From Planctomycetota bacterium (GTDB lineage Bacteria; Planctomycetota; Phycisphaerae; UBA1845), in contig JAZDHF010000266.1 in the NCBI GenBank assembly GCA_043806315.1, positions 7,560 to 71,559 of the forward strand: a DNA stretch of 64,000 bases. Direction: 5' to 3'. Positions 52,047 to 59,526 of this stretch are shown here, piece by piece. Position 1 is the stretch's first letter; the number at the start of each line of letters is the position of its first letter. A program made the position numbers and the translations under genes. The notes under the pieces were generated by a model that was not told the origin of the DNA, did not search any database, and saw nothing but the letters and a program-made list of their open reading frames with translations.

Positions 52047-53792
52047 TCACATCCTTATTCTTATAGCCGTCTCGTCGGACCGCCCCGTCCGGTAGTCCAC
52101 CGCCTGCGGTCGGATCTCGACCACCTCCCCGCCCGGCAGGATCTTCCGGTCGCGCGGGGCCGTCCGCAACGCCACCACCGCCAGCGCCAGCGCTAAGACA
52201 GTATCGTCATGACACCCCTGACTGGCTTCCGCCTTCCCGCTGGCCTTGATGACGAAGGTCCGCAATTCCTGGAGGGTCACGGAGTCGTGCACGATAATGG
52301 ACCCCTCGCGCAACGCCGTGTCCAGCGCCGAAACCAACTGGGGCCGCGTCACCATGTCGGTGCGCCACCCGAGCGAGCCTTCCTGGCCGCGGTGTTGCTG
52401 GTCCGGACTGGGTTGCCTGCGGTAGATGAGGTGCAGCGGATAGCCGAGGCGAAGCAGTTCCTCCAGCAGGCCGATCTCAATGTTGACCTCTATAATAATG
52501 TAGGCCCAGTTGTAAAACCGTCCTAGATCGTACAGATATTGCGCGAAGGTGGCGGGGGTGAGACGCTCCCGGACCACAGCGACCTGTTCCCCCACGTCCT
52601 GATCGAGCACTTGAGCGACCGAGTAGTTCGGGTCGCCGGCCACCAACTCGCTCCCCTGCGCGATGTCGGCCCCGATGACGTAACCCCTGCCCGCCACCGG
52701 CCTTTTGAACAGCGACATCTCGCCATGTTCGCGGGTGAAGAACTGCACCGAACGCCGGGTCCCCACGGCGATCTCCTCCAGCCCGCCCAGGATCGGGTCG
52801 CGAAACGTCGGCATCCGGGCGATGGAACGCACGTCGAAGCGCGGTCGCCCGGAAGTGAGGAAGGCCTCTTCCGGGCTGATCGGCATTTCTTGATGGAAAC
52901 GGTCCTCGCTGTTCTTGCACTGGTTCGCGATCCACCAGCGCCGCCAGTTCAACTGTTCCAGAACCAACGAGTGCTGCTGTTGCAAGTCCTTCTCTTCGCG
53001 CGTGAGGGACCGTTCCAACTCGATCTTCTCCCGGTCGTCCCGAAACGGGCGTCGGTATTCGGGGTGCTCGTTCCACCCGAAAAAGACCGGGACCCATTCG
53101 CTGCCGCCTTTCGGGTTCGTGGCCTGCTTCCAGAGGTCGTAGAACTCGCCGCCGACGCCGTTCGCCGTGCTCTCCACGATCACCATGGTGTCCGCGTCGT
53201 CCGGGACCGCCTGCATGAGCGCAGTCTGAACCGTCGCCGGATCGCGCCAGAAGGCGAACTCGGACAGGTGCAGGAACCGCAGATTGAAGGACCGGCCCAC
53301 CACCACCGCGTCCGCCGACTTCACCTGGATATAGGAGGAATTGGACCATTCCAGTCGCTCCTCGTTGTCCTTCACCAACGGAGGCAATGCGAACCCGCGC
53401 GCCGCCCGATAGGATTCCTGAAACTGCTGGTAGTAGCCGAACAGGTTCTTCGCGCTGTCGTACTTCTCGCTCACCACGAAGCACTGCTGGCCCGGCGTGA
53501 ACGCGACGCGCCGAAAGAACTCCGAAGCCACGCCCACACTGAAGGAGACCTGCCGGGCCTTGAGCACCACCACCCGCACGGGCCGCTTGCGCTCCCGTTG
53601 GCGCTCGATCACTTCGTCCAGCCGCTTCTGCGCGGGCCACAGATCGAGCGGAACCGACACACCCTTCTTGTCCCGGATCGACAGGTTCTCCCGGCACCAG
53701 ACCTCGTGACCCCCGCGATGGCCGGCGAGGGCGAAGGCCAAGGCCATGTCGGCGGGGGAGAGAGTCTGGGTTGCGGTCACGGCTCCACCCAC
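52047..53792 (-). CDS. terL: terminase large subunit (581 aa)
   Basis: ATPase-type VVVLKARQVSFSVG, MVIVESTANGVGGEFYDLW, and C-terminal nuclease-type CHDDTVLALALA. The portal gene follows. Confidence 0.9.
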   Translation of the reverse strand: MGGAVTATQTLSPADMALAFALAGHRGGHEVWCRENLSIRDKKGVSVPLDLWPAQKRLDEVIERQRERKRPVRVVVLKARQVSFSVGVASEFFRRVAFTPGQQCFVVSEKYDSAKNLFGYYQQFQESYRAARGFALPPLVKDNEERLEWSNSSYIQVKSADAVVVGRSFNLRFLHLSEFAFWRDPATVQTALMQAVPDDADTMVIVESTANGVGGEFYDLWKQATNPKGGSEWVPVFFGWNEHPEYRRPFRDDREKIELERSLTREEKDLQQQHSLVLEQLNWRRWWIANQCKNSEDRFHQEMPISPEEAFLTSGRPRFDVRSIARMPTFRDPILGGLEEIAVGTRRSVQFFTREHGEMSLFKRPVAGRGYVIGADIAQGSELVAGDPNYSVAQVLDQDVGEQVAVVRERLTPATFAQYLYDLGRFYNWAYIIIEVNIEIGLLEELLRLGYPLHLIYRRQPSPDQQHRGQEGSLGWRTDMVTRPQLVSALDTALREGSIIVHDSVTLQELRTFVIKASGKAEASQGCHDDTVLALALAVVALRTAPRDRKILPGGEVVEIRPQAVDYRTGRSDETAIRIRM

Positions 53793-54097
53793 TGTTCCAC
53801 CCAGCGGTCGAGTTGTACGTCGGTGAGGGGTTGGTCGGTGATTACTTTCGGAGGGGGCAACTCATCCTGAATCCAGGTGTGGCCGAAGTAACAGTTGAAG
53901 TACCACGAACCGTCGCCTGGGTATCGGCTCTTGTTCATGTCCGGCTTGGACCCGCAGAACGGACAGTGGTAGGGATGAAACGAACAATGCGCGGATCGCT
54001 TTGAGCACCACTCCGCGTGTTCTCCCGTCCCGAACACGCACTTCTCGCACGCCATCGCTGGGTCCGGGTTGTAGGGGCGGGAGCGGAGGTCGGCCAT
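53777..54097 (-). CDS. Cys/His-rich zinc-ribbon protein (106 aa), Lar-like CPFCG element
   Basis: CEKC...HCPFCGSKP...WYFNC. It overlaps the TerL start by 16 nt. Confidence 0.55.
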   Translation of the reverse strand: MADLRSRPYNPDPAMACEKCVFGTGEHAEWCSKRSAHCSFHPYHCPFCGSKPDMNKSRYPGDGSWYFNCYFGHTWIQDELPPPKVITDQPLTDVQLDRWVEQWVEP

Positions 54098-54291
54098 CAG
54101 TTCCTCGACTCGTCTTCCGCTACCCCCACCGGAACGCGGTCGTAGCAGACACGGTAACCCACGGCCAGGCGCTCTCCGGCCCGCGAGGCTTCCACTTGGC
54201 TGGCGAAGCGGTCCACCTCCACGTACCCGGCGTGGGGGCCGTCCTTGCGGATCTGGAGTACCCAGGGCTTCAGGGGTTCAGGGTTTGGCAT
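54097..54291 (-). CDS. hypothetical protein (64 aa)
   Basis: ORF with a 1-nt stop/start overlap at 54097. Confidence 0.5.
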   Translation of the reverse strand: MPNPEPLKPWVLQIRKDGPHAGYVEVDRFASQVEASRAGERLAVGYRVCYDRVPVGVAEDESRN

Positions 54292-54544
54292 GGCTTTTCC
54301 TTATCCTCTTTCTGAGCGCGAACAGCGCGCCAGCCATCTCGCGTCTAACCTCGGGAGTCGCCAAGACCTCGCGAAAGTGAACGGCCAACGACTGGCGAAT
54401 GCAGTTCAACTCCCTGAGTTCGTCGGCGGTTATGGCGAGCCGGCGGAAGTCTGGCAGACACAGGTCGAGCTTTCGCCTCAGTATAGCCAGCCGCGCCAGG
54501 GCCTTGCGGGGGACGCGGGGCTTTATACTTCCCGGCTCCTCCAT
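54278..54544 (-). CDS. hypothetical helical protein (88 aa)
   Basis: ORF that starts 10 nt after the sigma-factor stop. Confidence 0.5.
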   Translation of the reverse strand: MEEPGSIKPRVPRKALARLAILRRKLDLCLPDFRRLAITADELRELNCIRQSLAVHFREVLATPEVRREMAGALFALRKRIRKSHAKP

Positions 54545-54553
54545 AATTCCTCC

Positions 54554-55135
54554 TTATACCTGCTCCCTCAGCCTCTTTACCGCCCGTTCCTTCCACGCCT
54601 CCACGGTGTTGGCCTTAACCGGACGCCGCATCAGCCGGGCGATCTCCCCGAACCCCAACCCGGCGCAGTAACGCAGGCGCACCACCAGGCGCAGGCGCAC
54701 CGGCAGAGCGTCCACCCGGCGCCAGACGGCGGCGCGAAACTCCTCGTAAGCCATTAAGGACTCGGGGGATGGAGCGGAATCGGCGCGGTAAGTTGCCCGG
54801 TTAGCCGACCAGTCTGGAGTTTCATCGCTCAGAAACATCCGCGGAACCCCTTGCGGCACCCAGGTCAGCCGCGCCGGCTTCCTCCGCCCCAAGTCCCGAA
54901 CCGCCCCCGCTACCGGCTTCCTGATCCACGCGCCCAGCGGGACGCCGCGGGAAGCGTCCCAGCGGTCCACCGCCTGCACCAGAGCCAGGTAGGCTACCTG
55001 GCGGGCTTCGGCCAACTCGATCCAAGGGGGCAACTTCCGATGCTCCCGCTCGGCAAGACCGGCGGCAAGCGGCATCTGGGAGAGAATCAGCGACTCGCGC
55101 GCCTTGCCGTTGCCTTTGGCGGGCGCTTGCCTCAC
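54554..55135 (-). CDS. sigma-70-family (ECF-like, two-domain) RNA polymerase sigma factor (193 aa)
   Basis: Region-2-like YLALVQAVDRWDASRGVPLGAWIRKPVAGAVRD. Region-4 HTH LRYCAGLGFGEIARLMRRPVKANTVEAWKERAVKRLRE. Confidence 0.8.
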   Translation of the reverse strand: MRQAPAKGNGKARESLILSQMPLAAGLAEREHRKLPPWIELAEARQVAYLALVQAVDRWDASRGVPLGAWIRKPVAGAVRDLGRRKPARLTWVPQGVPRMFLSDETPDWSANRATYRADSAPSPESLMAYEEFRAAVWRRVDALPVRLRLVVRLRYCAGLGFGEIARLMRRPVKANTVEAWKERAVKRLREQV

Positions 55136-55326
55136 CCCGCCTCCAGGTTGCCCACGGCGCTGTATCGGGGCTTCGAGGGCGCGGTCCGGACCTGGCGCAG
55201 CCGGACCTCTTCGGCGTCGCCCCGCTTGCGCTCGGCCTCGGCCACCTCAAGCGCCAATTCACGCCGCTCCAGGTCGGATAACGCGCGACCGCGCCAGTCC
55301 CAGGCGCGCTTACGGGCGCCGGTCAT
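55132..55326 (-). CDS. hypothetical charged helical protein (64 aa)
   Basis: ATG at 55326 (ATGA overlap), and the stop overlaps the sigma start (55132-55135). The codon-position GC sample at 55201-55260 is compatible with this frame. Confidence 0.45.
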   Translation of the reverse strand: MTGARKRAWDWRGRALSDLERRELALEVAEAERKRGDAEEVRLRQVRTAPSKPRYSAVGNLEAG

Positions 55327-55499
55327 GGCGCGCAGCTCCAGAGCACGGCGGCCCCCACCCAGCAGCAGACCGCTCCGCGCCACTCTCCCAGCGCCAGGCA
55401 GACGGCGCCGGCCACGGCGAAGCCGACGGCAAGGATGCGGGAGAGCAGCCGGACCCGAGCGAGGGTCTCGGCGGTGACTTGGCGGGCGGGCTTCATCAT
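55323..55499 (-). CDS. small membrane protein (58 aa)
   Basis: MMKPARQV...ILAVGFAVAGAVCLALGEWRGAVCCWVGAAVLW. ATGA overlaps on both sides. Confidence 0.4.
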   Translation of the reverse strand: MMKPARQVTAETLARVRLLSRILAVGFAVAGAVCLALGEWRGAVCCWVGAAVLWSCAP

Positions 55500-55624
55500 C
55501 GACACCCGTGGCAGGATGAGCACTGCCGGCAGGCTTTGCCACCTGGGAGACCGCGCGCCACGAACGTCATCTGCGTTTGTTTCGTGGCCGTTGGCTTTTC
55601 GTATACCTTCGCGTTTGGTTTCAT
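55496..55624 (-). CDS. 42-aa peptide ending in CxxCxxCxxC
   Basis: Hand translation MKPNAKVYEKPTATKQTQMTFVARGLPGGKACRQCSSCHGCR. The stop overlaps the next ATG (55496-55499). It is the first ORF of the sigma operon. Confidence 0.4.
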   Translation of the reverse strand: MKPNAKVYEKPTATKQTQMTFVARGLPGGKACRQCSSCHGCR

Positions 55625-55687
55625 GCGCTTCCGATAACCTCCATTATGTAAACTTCACTCACTGATTCTAAAGGACTTACGGGCGAG

Positions 55688-55740
55688 GTTTTCCACAGGG
55701 CAAAAACCCCAATGAAAACGCTATGTTTTCTGTGGAAAAC
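55688..55740. repeat. perfect 11-bp inverted repeat GTTTTCCACAG / CTGTGGAAAAC with a 31-nt spacer
   Basis: Arms at 55688-55698 and 55730-55740, starting 3 nt after the stop of the winged-helix gene. Confidence 0.7.
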
Positions 55741-55742
55741 GC

Positions 55743-56285
55743 TCATGACGCACACTCCGCAAGCCGAATGTCAACGGCGGACATAACCTTCCGGTCAAGT
55801 TTCAGATCTAGGTTGCAGGATCGGCAGTGGCCGACTCGGAGTAATCCACCGCGCGGTTGCCGGCAACGCGGGCAGATGACGGACGGCTTACTCCGGCGCT
55901 CGGTCGGAACTGCGGCGGGTTTTGCCGGCGTTTGGGCGATTCCTTTGCCGGCGAACACGGGTGAGGTTAGTTCATACCATGACCGCTGGCCGTTCGCGGT
56001 CTTGCCTATCCTGATATCCCCATGGACTACCAGATCGGCAATCCTGCGTTGCACGGTCGAGCGACCCTTCCCGATGAACCGTCCCAAAGCTCGGACACCG
56101 ATACTCGAACGGCCCCCTGAGAGCGTCTTGAGAGACAGAATCCCAAGGATCACCTTCGCGTCCGAGTGCAATCCCGGATCGAGTAAGGCGTCCGCATCCG
56201 TGCGCCCAAACCAGTGTCTTTTGACCTTCCCGACATCCAAAAGCGTCCCATCTGGGTGGGACGGTTTGTCTTGAAAGCGTCCCAT
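55743..56285 (-). CDS. winged-helix DNA-binding protein (180 aa) with C-terminal CPRC...CRSC zinc ribbon
   Basis: LHSDAKVILGILSL...SIGVRALGRFIGKGRSTVQRRIADLVVHGDI is a wHTH-like pattern. Start chosen at ATG 56285. The ORF is open to 56507, but 56301-56360 shows no codon-position GC bias. Confidence 0.6.
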   Translation of the reverse strand: MGRFQDKPSHPDGTLLDVGKVKRHWFGRTDADALLDPGLHSDAKVILGILSLKTLSGGRSSIGVRALGRFIGKGRSTVQRRIADLVVHGDIRIGKTANGQRSWYELTSPVFAGKGIAQTPAKPAAVPTERRSKPSVICPRCRQPRGGLLRVGHCRSCNLDLKLDRKVMSAVDIRLAECAS

Positions 56286-56296
56286 CTGGGTGGGAC
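56240..56296. promoter_or_regulatory. two perfect 23-bp direct repeats, each containing the palindrome GTCCCA-N6-TGGGAC (operator-like)
   Basis: AAAGCGTCCCATCTGGGTGGGAC occurs at 56240-56262 and 56274-56296, 34 bp centre to centre. The second copy contains the chosen ATG (56285-56283). Confidence 0.7.
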
Positions 56297-56520
56297 ACGT
56301 AATAGAAGAACCTACTACACAGGCAACTTTGCGCGCCAGTTGCGTCATCCGACGCGCCTCCGTGCAGCAAGTTCCGCCTGAACCGCAGCGGCGCGCGCGG
56401 AGAATTCTCGCGTGTTTCGGTTTAACCGTCGGTAGAATTCCCGCTCTGAATCTGCCACCCTCAACCCCGCCCGCTTCCCAGTCCTCGCCGGCTCGGGATT
56501 GCGCCAAATGACCGCCAGCC

Positions 56521-57216
56521 TCACGGCTTACCGCCCCCCACGGTTCCGGCGTCCACCACCCGCCGCCCCGCCGGCAAGCCCCGCTCCTCCGCCATGATGC
56601 CGGCCGCGGCGCGCTCGATCCTGGCCCAGCGCTCGGGGTCAGCCTGCTGAATGGCTTGCACCGCGTCGTAAGTGACCGTCAGACGCTGCTCGCCGGGCTT
56701 GAGCTGTTGGCCGCTCTCCTGCCACTGACCGACCTCGATAGCAGCCTGGCGCTGGTACTCCCGCACTTCTTTGAGGTAAGCCGGGTTTGGTTCGGGCACC
56801 TCTACCAATCCTGTCAACTTCGTATGGATTTTGTCGAGCGCGCGAACACGCTCAATCCGTCGCGCGATGGAAAATGAGAGAACATCCTCTGAAATCAACG
56901 ACTTGTGCTTCTCGACTTCGGCGCGAAACTCGGGATGAACCTTCCAATATGCGACAGTTCGTGGCGAAACATTGCAGTCGCGCGCAATGGCCGGGTCTGA
57001 AATCTTGTCCTCTGCGACAAGCACGGCGGCCTTACGAGAGGAAGTGTTCCAGCGGAACGGCCTGCAAGTTTCAGGGGTTTTCTCGCAATTGTCGGCAACT
57101 GAGGTGCAGCTTTCCGCAAGAATCGCGCAATCTGAAGCAATCGGCGGGCAATTTTCAGCGACAACCGTGCAATCGCTCACACTTATACTTTGCACTTCCG
57201 ACATTAACCGTGTCAA
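56521..57216 (-). CDS. terminase small subunit-like HTH protein (231 aa from TTG 57216; 227 aa from ATG 57204)
   Basis: AAVLVAEDKISDPAIARDCNVSPRTVAYWKVHPEFRAEVEK (HTH) and KEVREYQRQAAIEVGQWQE read like TerS proteins I recall. It lies 2.7 kb upstream of TerL, with the sigma operon in between. Confidence 0.5.
   Translation of the reverse strand: MTRLMSEVQSISVSDCTVVAENCPPIASDCAILAESCTSVADNCEKTPETCRPFRWNTSSRKAAVLVAEDKISDPAIARDCNVSPRTVAYWKVHPEFRAEVEKHKSLISEDVLSFSIARRIERVRALDKIHTKLTGLVEVPEPNPAYLKEVREYQRQAAIEVGQWQESGQQLKPGEQRLTVTYDAVQAIQQADPERWARIERAAAGIMAEERGLPAGRRVVDAGTVGGGKP
57064..57183 (-). repeat. six-fold Cys heptad coding repeat, seen as phased GCA(A) every 10-11 bp
   Basis: Cys codons (gca on the plus strand) sit at 57064, 57085, 57106, 57127, 57148 and 57169, exactly 21 bp apart. 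Additional GCAA sit at 57095, 57116 and 57137. Confidence 0.8.
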
Positions 57217-57432
57217 TGTCTTTTTTTTCTTGCTCTGTCAATTCTCATTAACCCGCTTCTTTTGATAGATTTAGGTTCATTTCGTCGCTTCGCTCCGATG
57301 TTTGGCTGCAATCCGCTGATACTATTGAGTTTACGCGTTTCCGCTTTCAGATCCCGGTTTCGCTTGTGACGCTTAAACTTCTTTTTCTCACATGTTATCA
57401 TAGGGTTAGAGGCTCTTGCGCTCGTGAGCTTG

Positions 57433-57460
57433 TTGACTCACCAGCGGACGGGTGTAGACT
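57433..57460 (+). promoter_or_regulatory. sigma-70-like promoter TTGACT-16-TAGACT for the rightward block
   Basis: The -35 is at 57433-57438 and the -10 at 57455-57460. An AGAGG SD lies 6 nt before ATG 57477. It sits in the 260-bp AT-rich divergent intergenic region. Confidence 0.5.
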
Positions 57461-57476
57461 TTAGATAGAGGTCACG

Positions 57477-57692
57477 ATGTATATGTCCTACACCCGTCAG
57501 TACCGCTTGGACCTGGTAGACACCGCCACTGGCGCCCGTCTCGCCAGTTATCCCGAGACTCAGCGCCGGCACGCGCAGCGTGAGGCCGTCCGCTTGTCCC
57601 TCGATCTCAGCGGCGGGCGCAACATGTACCGCGTGGCCGTGGTAGCCGTGCCTGTGATGGTACGACCGAACCTAGAGGAGTGTGCGGCGTGA
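57477..57692 (+). CDS. hypothetical protein (71 aa)
   Basis: First ORF after the promoter, with a good SD. Confidence 0.6.
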   Translation: MYMSYTRQYRLDLVDTATGARLASYPETQRRHAQREAVRLSLDLSGGRNMYRVAVVAVPVMVRPNLEECAA

Positions 57693-57823
57693 AACGACGC
57701 GACTGGTACACGGACCTGTCACACTTGCGGACGGACTACAGCCCATGGCTCATTGTCCGTTGCCCGCTACGGCGCCAGTACTGCCCGGTGTTCTTTTGGC
57801 TGTGGCTCGGGGCGCCACTGTAG
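57689..57823 (+). CDS. possible 44-aa protein (GTG start)
   Basis: GTGA overlap at 57689-57692. Codon-3 GC is 16/20 in 57701-57760 for this frame, against 9/20 for the track ORF 57682..58323 frame. Confidence 0.45.
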   Translation: MKRRDWYTDLSHLRTDYSPWLIVRCPLRRQYCPVFFWLWLGAPL

Positions 57824-57870
57824 CGCCGCGCCCGCCCGGCCGGCGGGAGAGAAGTGGGGAGGAAACGGAA

Positions 57871-58323
57871 ATGGTACACATTAGCATTGTCCGCCAAAGC
57901 GCTCGCGAATGGTGGTTTTTTCGGCAGTTGCGGAGGCAAGGAAGCCACGCTGAAGCGCGCCGCCTGGAGAATCGCTCCACCCGCGATAACATTTCCCACG
58001 TCCGCCAAACTCTTGCCAATGGTGGCGCCCTAACCATCGGTCGCGGGGGATGGACCCTGCATGAGAGCGCGAATGTCACGCTGTCTGGACACGGAGCGGA
58101 CACGTCCGCCACCGTGGCGCTTATCCGAGCTTGCGGGATCCCTATCATCGACAGTCGCACAATACCGGACGATTCCATCGCCCGTACTGTCGGCTTGCCG
58201 ATGCTAGGGCTTGCCGGTATTCGGCCCCAGGACAAATACGGCTGGCTTGATCGGGCGCCGCTTTCCGTATTCGCGCGCAATTACCGCGACCTGGGGGCGA
58301 CCATTGAGAATCTAACCGCTTGA
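57871..58323 (+). CDS. hypothetical protein (150 aa)
   Basis: ATG at 57871 with GGAGG 9 nt upstream. This is the C-terminal part of track ORF 57682..58323. Confidence 0.6.
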   Translation: MVHISIVRQSAREWWFFRQLRRQGSHAEARRLENRSTRDNISHVRQTLANGGALTIGRGGWTLHESANVTLSGHGADTSATVALIRACGIPIIDSRTIPDDSIARTVGLPMLGLAGIRPQDKYGWLDRAPLSVFARNYRDLGATIENLTA

Positions 58324-58380
58324 CTTCTCACCCTAGGCCGGCTTGCCGGCACGGGGCGGAAGGTTTAGCGAAAGGAAAAC

Positions 58381-58608
58381 ATGATTATCACCCTGAAACG
58401 CTCTGGAAACTGCGCACAGTGCGGCGCCGCTCTGCCTGCGGGAACACGGGCATCCTGGTATCGCAACGGCAAGGTGTACGGGTTCGATTGCCACAGTCGC
58501 ACCGGCAAACCGGCCGCCCGTCGCGCGGTAGAGCCAGTTTCTCGGGAAGATTATCCGTGTTCCGACGCTGGCTATGAAGACGCTTGCGCCCGCGCTTGTG
58601 GATTCTGA
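58381..58608 (+). CDS. zinc-ribbon protein (75 aa)
   Basis: CAQC...FDCH plus C-terminal Cys residues. AGGAAAAC lies just before the ATG. Confidence 0.6.
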   Translation: MIITLKRSGNCAQCGAALPAGTRASWYRNGKVYGFDCHSRTGKPAARRAVEPVSREDYPCSDAGYEDACARACGF

Positions 58609-58615
58609 GGATACT

Positions 58616-58840
58616 ATGCTCTTCGATAACCTCGACGACTACCACGCCGAGCACCTGCCCTATGCCGGCGGGACCTCTCAACCCTTACCGGATGCGGACG
58701 CGCAGCCCGACACCGAGCGCACACCCAAGCTCGACGCGGAACGGGTGACGCTGCAATTTCGCGTCAAGAGCGCCCGGACCTTGCGCGATCTAAGTGAGAC
58801 TCCGCTCTTCGGGGGACCGAGACAGATGAGGTTACTATGA
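58616..58840 (+). CDS. hypothetical acidic protein (74 aa)
   Basis: ATG at 58616 with GAGGA 6 nt upstream. ATGA overlap with the next gene. Confidence 0.5.
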   Translation: MLFDNLDDYHAEHLPYAGGTSQPLPDADAQPDTERTPKLDAERVTLQFRVKSARTLRDLSETPLFGGPRQMRLL

Positions 58841-59526
58841 AGCCCCTTGTGGAAAAATACAAACCGCGCGTGCTCGCGGAATTTGCGGGCATGAACCGCC
58901 CCAAGGCGATCCTGGGCGCCGTCGCACGAGAGCCGTATTCGAGCGCATGGCTGCTGCTAGGGGATAGTAGGACCGGGAAGACCACAATGGGGCTGGCGTT
59001 TGCCGAAGCGATCGGCGCCCAGGTGGTCCATATCCCCTCGCGCGAGTGCGATCTTGAGCGCGTGCAACAGGTTTGCCACAACTGCCACAGCGGCCTATTG
59101 TTTGCCAAGTGGACCCTGGTACTCGTCGATGAAGCCGATCAGATGAGTAAGCCGGCACAGCTCGCGTTCCTGAGCAAGCTCGACACTACGGCTATGCCGC
59201 CGAACACAGTGTTTGTGTTCACAGCCAATTCCACGGAAAAACTTGAGGACCGCTTTCTCTCCCGCGTGAGAACGCTCCGGTTTGAAACGTCGGACCTCTT
59301 AGAACCGGGCGCTGCTTTGTTGTCGCGGATCTGGCACGCCGAGACCGGCAACGGAGACTCGATGGACTTTCGGGCGATTCTCACGACGGCTGGTATGAAC
59401 CTCCGCGCGGCCATCATGGAACTGGAAATGCTCGCGCTTGTGGCACCCCGGACGTGGGGCTGCGCGTGCGGCGAGACGAATCCGCAGCGCTGGGAAGTCT
59501 GCGGAGAATGCGGACGGCCACAATGA
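58837..59526 (+). CDS. RFC/clamp-loader-like AAA+ ATPase with C-terminal zinc finger (229 aa)
   Basis: EKYKPRVLAEFAG (RFC box II-like), Walker A GDSRTGKTT, Walker B LVLVDEADQM, SRVRTLRF (SRC-like). C-terminus is WGCACGETNPQRWEVCGECGRP. Confidence 0.75.
   Translation: MKPLVEKYKPRVLAEFAGMNRPKAILGAVAREPYSSAWLLLGDSRTGKTTMGLAFAEAIGAQVVHIPSRECDLERVQQVCHNCHSGLLFAKWTLVLVDEADQMSKPAQLAFLSKLDTTAMPPNTVFVFTANSTEKLEDRFLSRVRTLRFETSDLLEPGAALLSRIWHAETGNGDSMDFRAILTTAGMNLRAAIMELEMLALVAPRTWGCACGETNPQRWEVCGECGRPQ

Noticed and set aside
57213-57401. 62-aa highly basic minus-strand ORF in the divergent intergenic region, with a TTGA overlap onto the TTG start of the TerS-like ORF.
   Set aside because: There is no SD or promoter. 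It lies in AT-rich DNA where Lys/Arg/Asn-rich ORFs arise by chance. The TerS-like gene more likely starts at ATG 57204. I kept it only as a remark.
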